From contig NC_042997.1 of the NCBI RefSeq assembly GCF_006345805.1, forward strand, positions 165,106,001 through 165,170,000: 64,000 nt of DNA, read 5' to 3'. Positions 39,621-54,367 of the stretch are shown one piece after another. This DNA is from Octopus sinensis (Eukaryota). Each line of letters starts with the position of its first letter. Within the stretch, counting starts at the first letter, position 1. Below the pieces are notes generated by a model. It did not search any database, was not told the origin of the DNA, and saw only the letters and a list, made by a program, of their open reading frames with translations. The translations under genes and the position numbers were made by a program.

Positions 39621-41459
39621 GATATTTCAAACAAAGGATACATTGGACAATGTTTTTCCTGCTGTACAAAATGACAGAATAGCTATCATGGCTGAATCGT
39701 CTTTGATCATATATGTCAGCTCGATCAGATGTGACCGGGGGCTAAACAACAAGAATAACGAAGACAACGACGACGGCGAGACAACAACAACGATGACAGC
39801 AGCGGTAGCAGCGACGACAAGGAAATATATAACGGGAAGGAACATTTAGCAGAAAAGGCATATTAATAGGAGAAGGTCACTTTACACGCTATATCTTCGT
39901 GTTATTATTGTTTCCATAATTCTTTATGAAGTAAAGTCCATTTCTAATGCTCTAGCTATCATTTTACTTTCGTTGATGTTTTCATATGTTCGTCTCTTTT
40001 ATCTGGGTTACACCGGATATTTTACATTTAGTGTAAAACGATATGTTGCAAAAATATCATATTGATATTTGTTTGGCTGGAAGCAATTTGTATTGAAGCT
40101 TTACTTCTATAAAAACATCAAATGTTTTAGTTTTCTTGTTTTGAGAATATTTTTTTTTCTTTTTTGATAAGTCTCACTCCCTCTTTTTTTTTTCTTTCTA
40201 TGCTATCTCGTATATTATTACCTAAGCTTTAGAGCGAGCACTTGCAAATCTTGTGGGTGGTTAAAGGTCACGCGTTTAATTGACCATAGATTGATTGTTT
40301 GTAACTCGGAAACCGCAAATTAGTCATCACTACACGTTCGTAGTAATACATATTTTCTCTTTTTTCCTTTTTTTTTTTCTTGTTTTGCTTTTTTAAACGA
40401 CACAACAGGGATGTTCTCTATGTAGATATGAGAGAAATATTTAATCTGTATAAAAGAAACTTACAGCATTAGAAGACAAGGCTTAGGCTGACAACGCCAT
40501 CTGTTATACCTATTAGCAAAGTTCCTGTGGTGAGTTTGCGGCATGTTTTCTTGTAAATAGATGTAATGCTCCAATTTAAAAGGAGGAGATTTTGATACTA
40601 ATAAAGATGCGAAAGAGATTAAAACGTTTTCGTAGGCGGAGATATAGATATGTATAGTTTCTATTTTTAATTCTGCATACAAAAAACGTTTCCTTTGAAG
40701 TCGGTTTACAAATCCGTAGCTTTCTTCAAAGAACCTCACTGAAATGAAAACATCAGCTTATTGGTTTCATGCAATATTAGAAAATAGTTTGATCCCCAAA
40801 GATAATAGTGACATTTCCCCCCAAAATCAACCGGTTAGTAGTGTCATGACTAAAGGCTTTGTTTTGTTTAATAGAACTATGGCAATATGGTTGAATGAAG
40901 TTGCAAAGCCACAGAGAGGCGATGTTACACTCAGTATTAAAAGCTGACCAATCATTTTATTGAATTTTCTTTGTTTACGACGGTTATTTCTCCTATACTA
41001 TAATACATTGTACTGGTCTTTTTGAGGTAAGTGTCTTGGCTAGAGACAAAATGCAGAGCCTGTTAATGGATTATTGGTTAGTTGTCCATTATTCCATCCG
41101 CTCAGCCTGCCATGTTCTCTTTCCCCTACAGCTATAACCAATACAATAAAAACCACAACTGATATTACGTGTTTGTTATTTGTATTTGACTTCTTTTTAC
41201 CAAGTTAATGTCTCTAAAAAAGTTATATTACAATTGCGAAGATATATAGGATATTCACTTAACAAAGACTATATGAGCTGTGTAATTTTGATAACACATA
41301 TTCACACACACACACATATATATATACACACGCGCGCACACAAACACAAACATACACTCCCATATGTACTCGGAGCAGCGGCATATATGATTGTCGTTGA
41401 TTTCTTTTTATTATTTCATTTTTATTCATTGTTATTATTAAAGCAATGTCAAGCAGTAA

Positions 41460-43010
41460 ACTGGCTGAATCGTTAGCACTCCGGGCAAAATGTTTAGCGG
41501 CATTTCGACCGAATTTACGTTCTGAATGCAAATTCCTCCAAGGTCGATTTTGCCTCATATCCTTCCAGGGTCCATTTTTCATCTCATCCCTCTAGGGTCG
41601 ATAAAATAAGTACCAGTTAGGCACTGGGGCCCATATAATCGACAAGAACCATCTCCCAAAATTCTAGCCCCTGTACCTATTGTAGAAAGAATATTAAAAC
41701 GGTGATGTGACAGAATCGTTAGCGCATCGGACAAAATGGTCAGCAGCTTTTCTCCTAGTTCTTTACGATGTCAGTTCAAATTCTGCCGGGGTCGACTTTG
41801 CCTTTCATCCTTCGGCGTCGATAAAGTGTCAGTTGAGCACTAGAGAAGATGTAATCAACTTTCTACACACCTTAAAAATATTTACTGGCCTTATGAGAAA
41901 AATAGAAAGAATTATTGATAAGGCAGCGAGCCGGCAGAATTGTTAGAGCACCGGACAAAATGCTTAACGACATTACTTCCCGCCATTTTACGTTCTGAGT
42001 TCAAATTCTACCGAGGTCAGCTTTTCCTTTCATCTTTTCAGAGCCTTCCTGTAATTTCAGGCCTTGTGCAAATAGCAGAAAGAATTATTATTTTGACAAA
42101 TAAATATACTACAATGTAGATTATTAGTAAAAGCTTCATAGCAGAAAGCAGTCTAGCAACGCTAGTCTATGGAGGTAGTATATAGTAACCTTATATTATA
42201 CCTGAAACTTAAACGAATGTAACTGAGAGTGTGTTTACAGTACAGTAACGAAGTTGTATTAGCTGAAACAAAAAAGTTCTCTTTCATAAAGGTAATTAAT
42301 TCCACCTTTCATATTGTAAACCGGGATGCTTTCTCCCCAGGAGTGTAACTAGCAGTATTCTCCAGTCTTAATAGAAATTAACTTTGAAGCACCGAAACGA
42401 AATTCTTCATACTGTCAATAATTTCCTTACTTGTCTTTTGTAATTACTGTAACATTGCTTTATTTCTTTTAATCTTTGTTATTCTTCTGTCCTTCATCAG
42501 GTCTACGTTTGATATACTTCAGATCAAACTTTGTTATTCACACCGTATAGCTTTGTTAATTTCTAAGTTTTTATACATGAAGTTTCTGTGTATAGTTCTT
42601 GCCCAAGGCATAACAGTAATCTGATGTTCTTCTCTTTTCTTTTTCAGAATGCTCTGTTTAAAAGAAAGTGGAAAAAATAGATAAATAAAAACAAATATAA
42701 AATGTCATCATTAACTGCAATTCAATATGGAAACAATGGAAAATTTCAAACCAATTTATCACACGAAGAATACTGATTTTATGTGAGTCAGACATAATAT
42801 ACTATTATTATGACAACTAATGCAACGTGTTGGTAGGATATTTAGCATGCCGGACAAAATATTTAGCGACATTTCTTCTGGTATCACATTCAGAGTTCAA
42901 ATTCCGCCGAGGTAGACTTACGCACCAGCTGAACACTAGGTCATTGTAATTGATTAACCGCTCCCCTTCCCCAAAAATTTCAAGCCTTGTGCCTACAGTA
43001 GAAAGGATTA
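41460..43010 (+). mobile_element. Cluster of older SINE-A-type copies (alternative tail) with unique spacers
   Basis: Heads at about 41460, 41702, 41922 and 42830; tails GCCTTGTGC...AGAAAG(A/G)ATTATT. Confidence 0.65.
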
Positions 43011-46000
43011 TTGAGACCAGTGGATAGTAAGGATGGCCAGTCTTTGTAGTATTTAGATGTCTTTATTTCCACACATTAAGTACTGAGTTCAAATGTATAT
43101 CAGAATCAGCCTTAAGTCTATGATGCACATATGAATAACTAAATATATAAAGCCCATTATTTATGCCTTTTCTTGTATATCATTCTGTGAAAGAATAGCA
43201 TATTAAGTCGGTAATGCAACCATGGATTTACAATGTCAACTGGTGATGGATTTCAACTTCGGAGTCTTGCCTTAGGTATACCTGTAGAGCTATACAAATC
43301 AGAAAACCTTTCGTTAACCTGGTCTACTTGTAACAGCAGAAAGCTCAAGAAGTATTTTGCCCGGATTGATAATTTCATAGATACAGAGAGAGGGAGCGAG
43401 AGAGAGAGAGAGATGATGATGATGATGATGAAGATGAGGGTAAGAAAGAGAGTGGAAGAGAAAGGGATAGAGAAATGAGGGAGAGAGGGATAGACAATGA
43501 TTCAAGCAACCAGATAAACTTTAGATTTTAATGCACAATATATATATATATATATATAATATATATATAAGAACGAAACTGCAGTCTAAGAGGAACCGAG
43601 TTAGTAAATGTTTTTATCTTCACTTCACTAAATTTATCTAGCTTCTGTGTTTCTAGCACATATTTCGCCTCTTAATGTACTGATATATGAATAATATATG
43701 GCCCGTGCTAGTTTCACCAGCGTTAATAATTATTTTTATTTTATCGCAATTTGACTTGTTTATATATATATATATTCTTGTATATATACACTGGCACTAG
43801 TGTCTGCAATAAGAATGCAATAATGGTTTCAAACTTTGGCACAAGTCCACCAATTTTAGGGTAAGTGTTAAGTCGATTATATCGACCTCAGTTCTCAACT
43901 GATACTTTCTTTTATCAACTCCGAAAGGATGAATTGCACAGTCGACTTCGGTGTCAATTAAACTCAGAATGTAAAGAGCTTAAAGAAATGCAGCTGAACT
44001 GATCTTTCGAGTTCTGAGTTTAAGTCTCACTGGTGGCAAAATTGTTTTTCCCCCATCTGGAGTCGATAAAGAACTGGTGAAATACTGGTTCGATATTCTT
44101 CTCATTTTCTGCAATCCTCTTAGAGTCGGTTATGCTGTGAACAGGTTATGGAGAACTACTCGTGTCCTTACTCCCAAGAGAAAGACGTTGGCTGACGTTG
44201 GGGTTAACAACCTCTTCTGGTCAAACATGCCACGAAACTCGTCCAAATAAACTAGAAGATGTAGTGGATGGGAACGGACCAATGGCATTCAGCGAACAGT
44301 TAAAGAAGCGGTGCAAAACGACTGGTTTAGTAGTAATAATTTCTGATTCGGGAACCAGGGAGCAATTTTAAGCGGAATGGATTAAGTGATACCATCGGCT
44401 CCAGTACTAGACTGGTAGTTTATTTCATCCACCAAGTTGATTCGTAAAGACCGAAAGAGATGCTACTAGGTATTTTTCGACGCTCTTACGATTCTACTTG
44501 CTCGCTGCCTTGACTGGTGTAGTAATAATAAGGGAAAATAACTTTTGTTAATGATTTCAGTAAAGTGAAGGGACTGTGCTTTCAGCTTTTCCAGATCCTA
44601 AGAGAACGATGTAATTAGTATAGACATGAAAGAAAAAAACAAAAAAGAATTTCAGTTTGATGACGTTCTGGAACAGAAAGAGGAGATAATAGTCATTACA
44701 GTGGAGCAAAAAGGTAAAATAGGTTTGTAATAACAAGGGAAAATAACAACCTCGCTCCATTCAGTTAAATGGCTGGCATACGGTATAAAAAGAAACTATG
44801 TGTTCGCTTGAACCACTGGTAATAATAGCCAAACTTCCCTAAAATAAAACACAGTTGTCTTTAAAAAAGAAAGAAAGATCACATTAGTTATGGAATTCTT
44901 GATAACACTAAAATGCGGAATGGCAGCGACAGAAACACTTTTGATCATAGGTCAGCTAGCGCTCAAAGAATCTTGCTTAATAATGGTAGGGAACAGAATA
45001 TAAGCAACAGGTGTAGAATGATATTTGCCGGCTTTTGAGCTTACTGAATATATAAAAGACATAAGCCTATCTTTTATGTTAGGTCGCACAACTTAACAGC
45101 ATGAGTAGAACCTGCTGGAAAATCAAATTAAAGAAGAAAGATGACTAGCGAAAAATGAAGTTGTGTTCAATATCATGAACATATAGAATGTGGATAACAT
45201 TGGTTGATTTATTGATCACATATATGATAAGATAGGACTGGAAAAAGATGCAGAGTTGATCTTGTAATCTTCTCAAACGTAAGCTGCTGTCAGATAAAAT
45301 GTCTAATGCCAAGGAAAAGGCTTATAAATATATGTTATACACCACAGTATTGTTGACGTCATATGTAAGGAAGGTTGCAAGAAGCATCAAATCATTTTTA
45401 TTCATCGTGAAAGTTCATTTCTTGCATTGACACAAAACCATAATCGTTTCCCAGTATATTTCCGATACCTGTTTTATTGAGCCTCAGAGTGGGAACAAAA
45501 AAAAAGGATGATGTATGCGAGGTTTGACCTTAGAACATAAAGAAAAGCAATTAAATGACCTAACTTGAGAACTTTTGCATTGCTTTTCGGTTTGCTGGAA
45601 AAAAAGCAGCCAAAGAATCATCGTATCATTCCCAGTCGTCTTAAATAAAGGCGGAGACATTGGACAATATAATTTGTAATTCCAAAAAGAGAAGACAGAA
45701 TAATTGTTGCTGAAACGTATTTAGTCACAGTTCTGCTCGATAAAAATTGACAAGAGGCTAAACAACGGAGCTAAATTCCGCGAGTGATTTTGTATGGTAA
45801 CTACTCCGCAGTTTGACCATCCTTGACTATTGGTATCATAATCTTTCCTATAATAAGCATAAGGCACAAAATTGGTATCGGTTGACCCCAACTGATATTA
45901 ATTTTAATGCTTCGAAAAGATAAGTCGACCGCTGAGGAAATTGAACTAAGAATGTAGAGATTGACAAAATGCTGCTAAATATTTTCTACGGCGTGCTCAC

Positions 46001-46612
46001 GATTCTGCCTACTTACCGCCTTATCCGTTGGTATCGAAATAAAAGTTGATAGCACAAAGATGAGAAAGTGACGTGCTGGTAGAGTCGTTAGAACGCTGGA
46101 CTGAATCGTTATCACGCCGGGTAAACTGCTTGGCGACGTTTCGTCCGTGCTTACGTTTTGTGAGCAGATTACGCCGACGTCGATTTTGCAGTTCATCCTT
46201 TCGGTGGGTGATAAGTACCCATTGATCATTGGGGTCAATGTATTCGACTTACCTCTTCCCCACGAAATTGCTAGCCTTGTGCCAAAATTTGAAACTATTA
46301 TTACAAGAGTGTGAAAGGCAGTGAGCTGACGGAATTAACACACCGGACAAAATGCTTGGTGCCATTTCGTCCGTCTTTACATTCTTAGTTCAAATTCCGC
46401 CGAGATCGACTTTGCTTCTCATCCTTTCGCGGTCAATAAAATAAGTACCAGCTGAGCGTTGGAGCTGATGTAATCGACTTAAAGCGCCCTTTAAAAATTG
46501 CTGGCCTTGTGCCAGTATTTGAAGGCAATTGTTTAATTTAAAACAAACAGAAAAATAAAATCGAAATTTAAGAGAACTTGATTCTCAGAAAGTTGAATTA
46601 AACGAAATAAAT

Positions 46613-47750
46613 GGATCTTTTCTAAAAGATGGACAGAATTTTCTACTTAACTAAATAATTTGAAACTTCGTATACTGGTAGAATGTGTCAAAAAAAAACA
46701 TTAATTTCAATTAGTTTTTTTGAGAAAAATGTATTTTGTAACTTTTACGTAGTTTAATTCTTCGAATTTTAACCAATCGTATTCTCTGTTTTGAGCTCAA
46801 TTCATTTGCTGCCGTATTATTCATCCTTATCACTGTCTTCTGTTTTCTGTCTTCAAAGGCTTCTCGCATGTTTATTTCAATGTCATCCCTGACTTACGGC
46901 ACGATTACCTGTGTGTGTGTGTTTTTGTTGTGTATGTGTGTGCGTGTGTGTGCTTGTTGTGTGTGTGTGTGTTATTGTTATGTATGTGTGTGTGTTTTTT
47001 TTTGTTGTGTATGTGTGTGTTATTGTTGTGTATGTGTGTGTGTGTGTGTTTTGTTGTGTATGTGTGCGTGTGTTGTGTATCTCTTAAATCGATGAATTTC
47101 GTCGCCCAATAAAAATATTAACGATATCAAAGTTAAAAAAATATCGTTAATATTTTTATTGGGCGACGAAATTCATCGATTTAAGAGATACACAACACAC
47201 GCACACATACACAACAAAAAAAACACACACACACATACACAGCAAAAAGACACACACACACATACACAACAATAACACACACACACACAACAAACACACA
47301 CACGCACACACATACACAACAATAACACACACACACACAACAAACACACACACACATACACAACAATAACACACACACACGCACATACATACACAACAAT
47401 AACACACACACACACACGCACACGCATACACAACAAAAAAACACACACACACGTAATCGTTCCGTAAGTCAGGGATGACATTGAAATAAACATGCGAGAA
47501 GCCTTTGAAGACAGAAAACAGAAGACAGTGATAAGGATGAATAACACGGCAGCAAATGAATTGAGCTCAAAACAGAGAATACGATTGGTTAAAATTCGAA
47601 GAATAAAAGTACGTAAAAGTTACAAAATACATTTTTCTCAAAAAAACTAATTGAAATTAATGTTTTTTTTTTGACACATTCTACCAGTATACGAAGTTTC
47701 AAATTATTTAGTTAAATAGAAAAATTCTGTCCATCTTTTAGAAAAGATCC
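46613..47750. mobile_element. Foldback DNA transposon derivative with 8-bp TSD
   Basis: Inverted arms 46613-47127 and 47141-47750 separated by a 13-nt spacer. Ends GGATCTTTTC/GAAAAGATCC; AAATAAAT at 46605-46612 and 47751-47758. Confidence 0.9.
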
Positions 47751-48107
47751 AAATAAATTATTTAGCCTGAGGAAAAAGACCAATTCTCAGAAAGACTCCC
47801 TTTGAGATCTTTGCAGCAAATGTTTGGAATTCTTCAGGTGATTGAGGGAAAGAAGATAATCTAAGTTATGATGGGGATGAAGCAAGTCCTTAATATAAAA
47901 AATAATTTAAGTAACTAATATAATTAGACCGCTTTACTTAAGTTATCTGCATATTATCTCTCATATGAATGACACAAATACATTTTTGTATTTCTAAAAC
48001 CAGTAACACAGATATATTTTGCTAATCTTGTTGTAAACTGGCACAAGTTTATATTTAGTTGGTGACATCGCTGTGTAGTTAGGAAGATCGATTGTAACCA
48101 CACACAT

Positions 48108-48156
<49 letters not shown>

Positions 48157-48392
48157 ATTATATATATATATATACATATCTTCTACTTGTTCCTGTCATT
48201 AGGCTGCAGTCACGCTGAAGTACCGCTTTAAAGAATATGAGTCGAACGAATCTATCCCACTACTTATGCTTCAGTCCGAAACTATAGTAGAAGATACTCG
48301 CCCAAGGTGTCATATAGTGAGACTGAACCCGAAACCATGTGTGTGTATGTGTGTGCGCGTGTGTGTATGTAGCGCGTGTGTGTATGTAGCGC

Positions 48393-48451
<59 letters not shown>

Positions 48452-48460
48452 TGTATGTAT

Positions 48461-49323
48461 AATAATAATGTTCGTCCTTCGGTTCGAAGATGATCAACTG
48501 ACATCATCTGATGGAACTGGCGCCATGAGACCGGAGGTGGCTGGTGAGGCCAATCCGGGCAAGGAAGCCCCTCCCACAGGTGGGGCAGAAGTGGGTAGGG
48601 GCCGTGCTACTGGTGCAGGCGGCTCTGGCTTTACGCATCTGACGTTTCTGCTCCGCTGACCGAATCCGTCCCTCCTCGGCTGTCCCTGCTCCCACGGTGA
48701 TTGCGCTGCGCCAGGATGAGCGGTTGGCAGCAAGTGTCTCCCAGGTCTCTGTTCCGATGGAGAAGTCTTTGAGAGAGACCTTGAGACTATCCTTGTAGCG
48801 CTTCTTCTGCCCTCCGACTTTGCGCCTGCCCTGGCCGAGTTCACCGTAGAAGAGCTGTTTTGGGATGCGGGTGTCGGACATGCGGGAGACGTGGCCCGCC
48901 CATCTCAGCTGGGCCTTGCGCATGATTGTGATGGTGCTAGGGAGATCTGCCTGCTTCAGAACTTCCGTGTCTGGGACTTTGTCCTGCCAGCGGATGTGAA
49001 GGAGGTTCCGAAGACACCTGAGATGGAAGTGGTTTATCTGGCGCTCGTGCCTTCGGTAAGCAGTCCACGTCTCGCAGCCGTATAGTAGGGTGGTAAGCAC
49101 GACTGCCCGGTAGACTTTCAGCTTGGTGTTGAGGCTGATTCCTCTCCGCTCCCAGACTTTCTTTCGCAGTCTCCCAAACGCGCTGCTTGCCTTGGAGATT
49201 CTGTTGATGGTTTCAGTAGGATCCGTCCGTTCACCCTTATCTGAGGCTCATGGTATTGTTTGCCGGGGGCTGGCTGAAACATCACTTCGGTTTTCTTGGC
49301 ACTGATGGTGAGACCGAAGTTGT
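48461..49323 (-). mobile_element. 5'-truncated RTE/BovB-like LINE fragment
   Basis: [44 protein letters not shown]...RIPKQLFYGEL...GGQKKRYKD, C2H2 finger CPTCGRGF...HLRSH. Tail CTTCGAACCGAAGGACGAAC-(ATT)n; internal deletion near 49215. Confidence 0.93.
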
Positions 49324-50115
49324 CATACATACATACATGCATACATATATATATATATACATACATACATATATATACATCCATACATATATATACATAC
49401 ATACAACTTCGTATGTATGTATATATATGTATGGATGTATATATATGTATGTATATATATATATGTATGTATGTATGTATATGTATATATTTACACTATC
49501 AGAAACACCCATCATTGAAGAATAAAAGAATACTTCTTTTTCTACAAGTTCTTGTATACTTCTCTTGGAAGGAAGGTCTGACGTGAATCAGGGTTCCTTC
49601 ACTCCCAGTGGTTCACAACCATAATAGATGCTAATGCTATCAGAGCAGAACTGGGAACAATAGTGACTAAGAGATGGTGCAACATTCCTCGAAAACCTGG
49701 GACTCCTGTAACAAAGCCCCAAAACCGGAAGCAGCTTAAAGTCATACCTAGGGCATGCATACATGAATACATGTGTTGTGTACGTATGTGCATGCGTGTG
49801 TGAGTGTGTGCGTGTGTGTCTTTGTGATTGTGTTTGTCACCACTCCATCGTCAGAGAAACGGGGTTAGTTTTTGTACATCGCCGAAACCTAGAGATTCGG
49901 CAGAAGGGAACGACAGACTAACTACCAGATTTATAAATAAGAACTAATGTCGATTTGTTCGACTAAAACTCTTCAAGGTGGTAAGCCCAGCATGACTATA
50001 GTGCAATGCCTGAAACAGGTAGAGGCTAAAAGATGAGAGGAGTCAGTGAATTTTAATAAATAAGTAATGGTTGTTCATATTCGGCATCTGGATCGTTGCG
50101 AGTCTCTGCTATTGT

Positions 50116-50173
<58 letters not shown>

Positions 50174-51639
50174 ACATACACACACATACATACATGCAAA
50201 CATTGACATATATATGTATGTATGCGTATGTGTAAGGTGTTACTGGACTTTCCAATGAAAGTAAACAATAGATTACTATATTTAAAACTTCAATAACCTG
50301 TTATTTTATTATCATTATCTGTGACGGAGTTTAAATTATTCTACAATTAAGTAGTGATGATAAGAGATAATTTCAGTTATCGTTATATCTCTGATAAATG
50401 AATGACCTTGGACTAAATCGTGTAGGCGGTGAATTGGTAGAGTCATTAGAGCGCCAAGTGGAATGACTCGCAATATTTGTTCTGGCTAACGCGGTGAGCT
50501 GGCAGAATCGTTAGCACGCAATTAGCGGCATTTCGTCCGTCTGAACGATCTGAGTTCAAATTCCGCCGCGGCCAACTTTGCCTTTCATCCTTTCGGGATC
50601 GATAAAATAAGTACTAGTTGGGCAATGAGGTCGATGTAACCGACTTAGCCCCTTCCCCGAAACTGCTGGTCTTGTGCCAAAATTTGAAAGCAATATTTGT
50701 TCAGGCTGATTGTGTTCTGTGTTCAAATTCCATCAAGGCCAAACATTTCCTTTTTATCTATCGGAGGTTTGATAAATAAAGTACCTGTGAAGTACTGCGT
50801 ATCAGAGTAAATATGCCCGCCTGGATTAAGAAGTTCACCGCGTAACCAAATGCGGTTCTTGACTCAACGCGAGTGTGCGGCACCTTGGATAAGTGTCTTC
50901 CAGGGCGTCAGAACTACATGCTAGTGGAATTTCGTAGTTGGAAAGTGTTCGAAAGTATGTAGTGCGCATGTATATATATATGTGTGTGTGTGTGTATCTA
51001 TCTGTGTGTGTGTGCGTATATATATATATATATATATAATAAAAATGGATTATGTGTTTGTGTATGTGTGTGTCTGTCAGTCCGCTTATAGGAAGAAAAG
51101 TTACAGCGTTAATGTAAAAACTAAAAGCTAATTCTTGTGTAAAAGTTCACGACGAAGACGATGAAAGTGGTCTTGAGTCTCTAGCGGCCCTCCGAAGAGA
51201 CCTACTGGCCCTTTTCTAACATGTACAAAATCGTATTTCGAAAATAAATGATGGGTCTACGTGAGTTAATTTTTAGCGGATTAACATACTACTTGCAAAT
51301 TAAAAATAAATAACCTGCCTAAGGGACATAATTTTTATAGGATTACTATATTCATTTTATTTCGAAATACGGTGAAGCACTATTCCGTAGGTATGCCATG
51401 TGTAATATAACGAAGTAGATAATAACATGTGGGTGGGGGGTTAACTGTAATAAGCTCCATTACTTCATATTGCTATATGTATGAAACAAAGGAAAGACTG
51501 GACCAAACGAGAAAAATAAATAGTTTGACATGAGAGAAAAAAGTTTGTACAACGAATAGAAAATTCAAGATGAGAATCGAAATCATTAGAGTCGTAATAC
51601 AATGAGGAAACAAGGCGGCAAAAGCCGAACTTTTAAAAA

Positions 51640-54300
51640 TCAAGTGAAGTAGCATATGGTGTTACAGGAGAGAAATTACGTTTCATCGGCGACTGTATTT
51701 GCAACGTAACTTTTCGAGGTAAAACGAAAAGGACAATAATTTGTGTTGAAAAAAATCACTAAACTTATTTGGCACAGATTACATGGAGTTATTTAGAATG
51801 TGGGATACCCCCATTGGTGTTCGGCACGGTTAAGAGTTCGAATGGAGTTGAACAACTGAGACAAAAAACTTTAAAAATTGTTTCCAAATGTTTTTTAGAA
51901 GGATTAGGCTTTTGCACTAAAACAAAAGCGAGGATCGCAGCAAAAGAAAAGACAACCTGTTTATAGGCCCAAACGGAACGTGTCGTTTGCGGTGTTGGAC
52001 CAGGTCAATAAAGAGCTAGAAAGACTAGAAAGTCTAGCTATAATTGGAAAAGTCGACTATTCAGACCGGTCAGCTCCGACGGCTTATGTAAAGAATAAAA
52101 ACAATAAACTAAGAGTATGCACGGACTTTTCAACTGCATTAAATGAACACAATGATCTATTACCAAACCCAGAAGAAGTGTTCACAAAACTGGATAGACC
52201 TCTCGGAAGCCTATCTGCAGATACAGGTAGAGGAATTTTGCTCATGCCTTTAAACAATCAACACACAACGTGGATCGTATAAATTCAAGCGGTTTCCTTT
52301 CGGAGTAAAAGTGGCACCTGACATATTCCAATTGATGGGCACAATGTTAAACGATTATGACTTTGTTATCGCTTATCTCGATGATATTTTGATAAAGAGC
52401 ATGTCAGTAGAGCAACACTTCGAACGTATTAAAAAAGTATTCGGAAAAATAAATGAATACGTGTTTAGATAAACAGAAAAAAAGCGTGACTTTTTGATGA
52501 ATAAAATCAAATATTTAGGTCAAGTAATTGACGAAAGGGGACGAAGGCCAGGCCCATCAAGGGAGAAGGCAATACGCAATATGCCTCTCCCAACGAACGT
52601 CAAATTGTTACAAGCATTTTTATGTTTGGTAAACTACTATCAAGTATATATCCCGAACATACACAACACAAAGGCTCCACTAAATGAGCTGTTAAAAAAG
52701 GATGCCAAATAGTTTTAGCCAAAAAAAATGTCAGAAGGCATTTGAGAAACTAAAAAAAATGTTAACTTCAGACTTGTCGCTTACACATTTCGATCCGAGG
52801 TTGGAAACAATACTGGCAACAGATACTAGTGAGTACGGGATAGGTGCCGTACACCTACACAAATGTGAAGATGGCAGCCAAAAGTCCATAGTCCACGCGT
52901 CAAGAACGTTATTGACAACGGAAAAAATTATATCGAAATTGAAAAAGAGGCATTGGTGATGATATTTAGCATAAAAAAGTTTCACAGGTTTATACATGGT
53001 AGACGGTTTAGACTACAAACAGACCCTCGACCGTTGCTAACGATTTATAGATCCAAGAAAGGAATCTCAGTACATACAGCAAACAGATTGCAGCGATGGG
53101 GCACCATGCTACTAAACTACGGCTACGCAATGGAATATTAACCTATGACATACTGACTGTCTATCCAGGTTAATAACCAGAAATGGCGGACCATCCAAGG
53201 ACGCAGTAATACCATCCCTAAGAACCGAAGAGGAAATTGAACATAATGTGCAACATTGTACGAGTGTTACCAAATAACTCTGGAGGAGATAAAGCGACAC
53301 GCGTCAAAAGATAAGTTAATTAATGACACAAAGGAAACTCTGTGGTAAGCTAAAGGAAACAAACATAGGTTCGGTAAGAAAAAAAAACAGCAACTGGTAA
53401 ACATATATTCAACGTGTGACGGCGTATTGATGTATGGTCAAAGGGTAGTGATACTTGACACTCTACAAAAAAGAATGCTGAAAGAATATCATATTGGACA
53501 TTCGGGAATCGTAAGGATGAAAGCGCTTATGTGCAGTTATGTGTATTGGCCGAAGATGAACAAGGAGGTTTAAAACCTGGTAAAAGGCTGCTCTGGCAGC
53601 GAAATTACCTACTTGGGAGCCTTGGCCAGAAGTAAAAAGTTCATGGTTAAGAGACTACATATCAATTTTGCGGGTCCGTTAAATGGTTATTACTACTTAG
53701 TAGTAGTTGACAGTTTTGCAAAATAGCCGGTAATTGTGAAGTGCAAAAGACCAACCTCCGAAACGGTAATAACATTTTTGCACGCTTTATACGCGATTAT
53801 ATCTGGTAATGAAACACAATTTCTGTCCAGTGAATTTAGAAAATTCTGCGAAATGTTCACAGTAGAACAAAATGATGGTCAAAGCGCTTTACCATGCCAC
53901 ATCAAATGGACAGGCGGAGCGTTTTGTGGACATTTTTAAAAGATCTTTGAGAAAAACAAAGTCACAGACGAAGTCGCTCTACAGTAATTCTTAAGAGTAT
54001 ACAGGGTGACACTAAACCCCAATACAACAGGAGGAAGGTCAGAAGCAGAACTGATGTTCGCGAGGAAGGTGAAATTAGTTTTTGATAAACTGTTACCTGG
54101 CGAGGAAAGAAAAAGTACCAGACAGGACAACCCAAATATTTTCAGAATTGGTGATAAGGTGTAACTGAGGTCGTATAAAAATGGAAAACAGTACTGGGAA
54201 GAAGGCAAAATTACAAAATACACAGAAAAAATGATGTACGGAATTAAAAGCAGAAAAGGTATTGAAAAAAGACAGAAAAAACAATTGAAGAGATTCATAG
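51640..54300 (+). pseudogene. pol: Degenerate Ty3/Gypsy pol (protease, RT, RNase H, integrase)
   Basis: NLFGTDYMELF, ELERLESLAIIGKVDYS, LRVCTDFST, AYLDD at 52371-52385, KYLGQVID, LATDTSEYGIGAV, HSGIVRMKAL...YVYWP, INFAGPLNG. Many stops and frameshifts; no LTRs recognised. Confidence 0.9.
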
Positions 54301-54367
54301 AAAAATGAGTGGTTGTATACTGTCAACTTAACGTGACAGTCCTGTAAGGGAATTATACCACCGCTGT

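Noticed and set aside
42649-42782. Possible exon (TTTTCAG acceptor, GTGAGT donor)
   Set aside because: All three frames have stops within about 12 codons; cannot be supported as coding, and a non-coding exon is untestable without RNA data.
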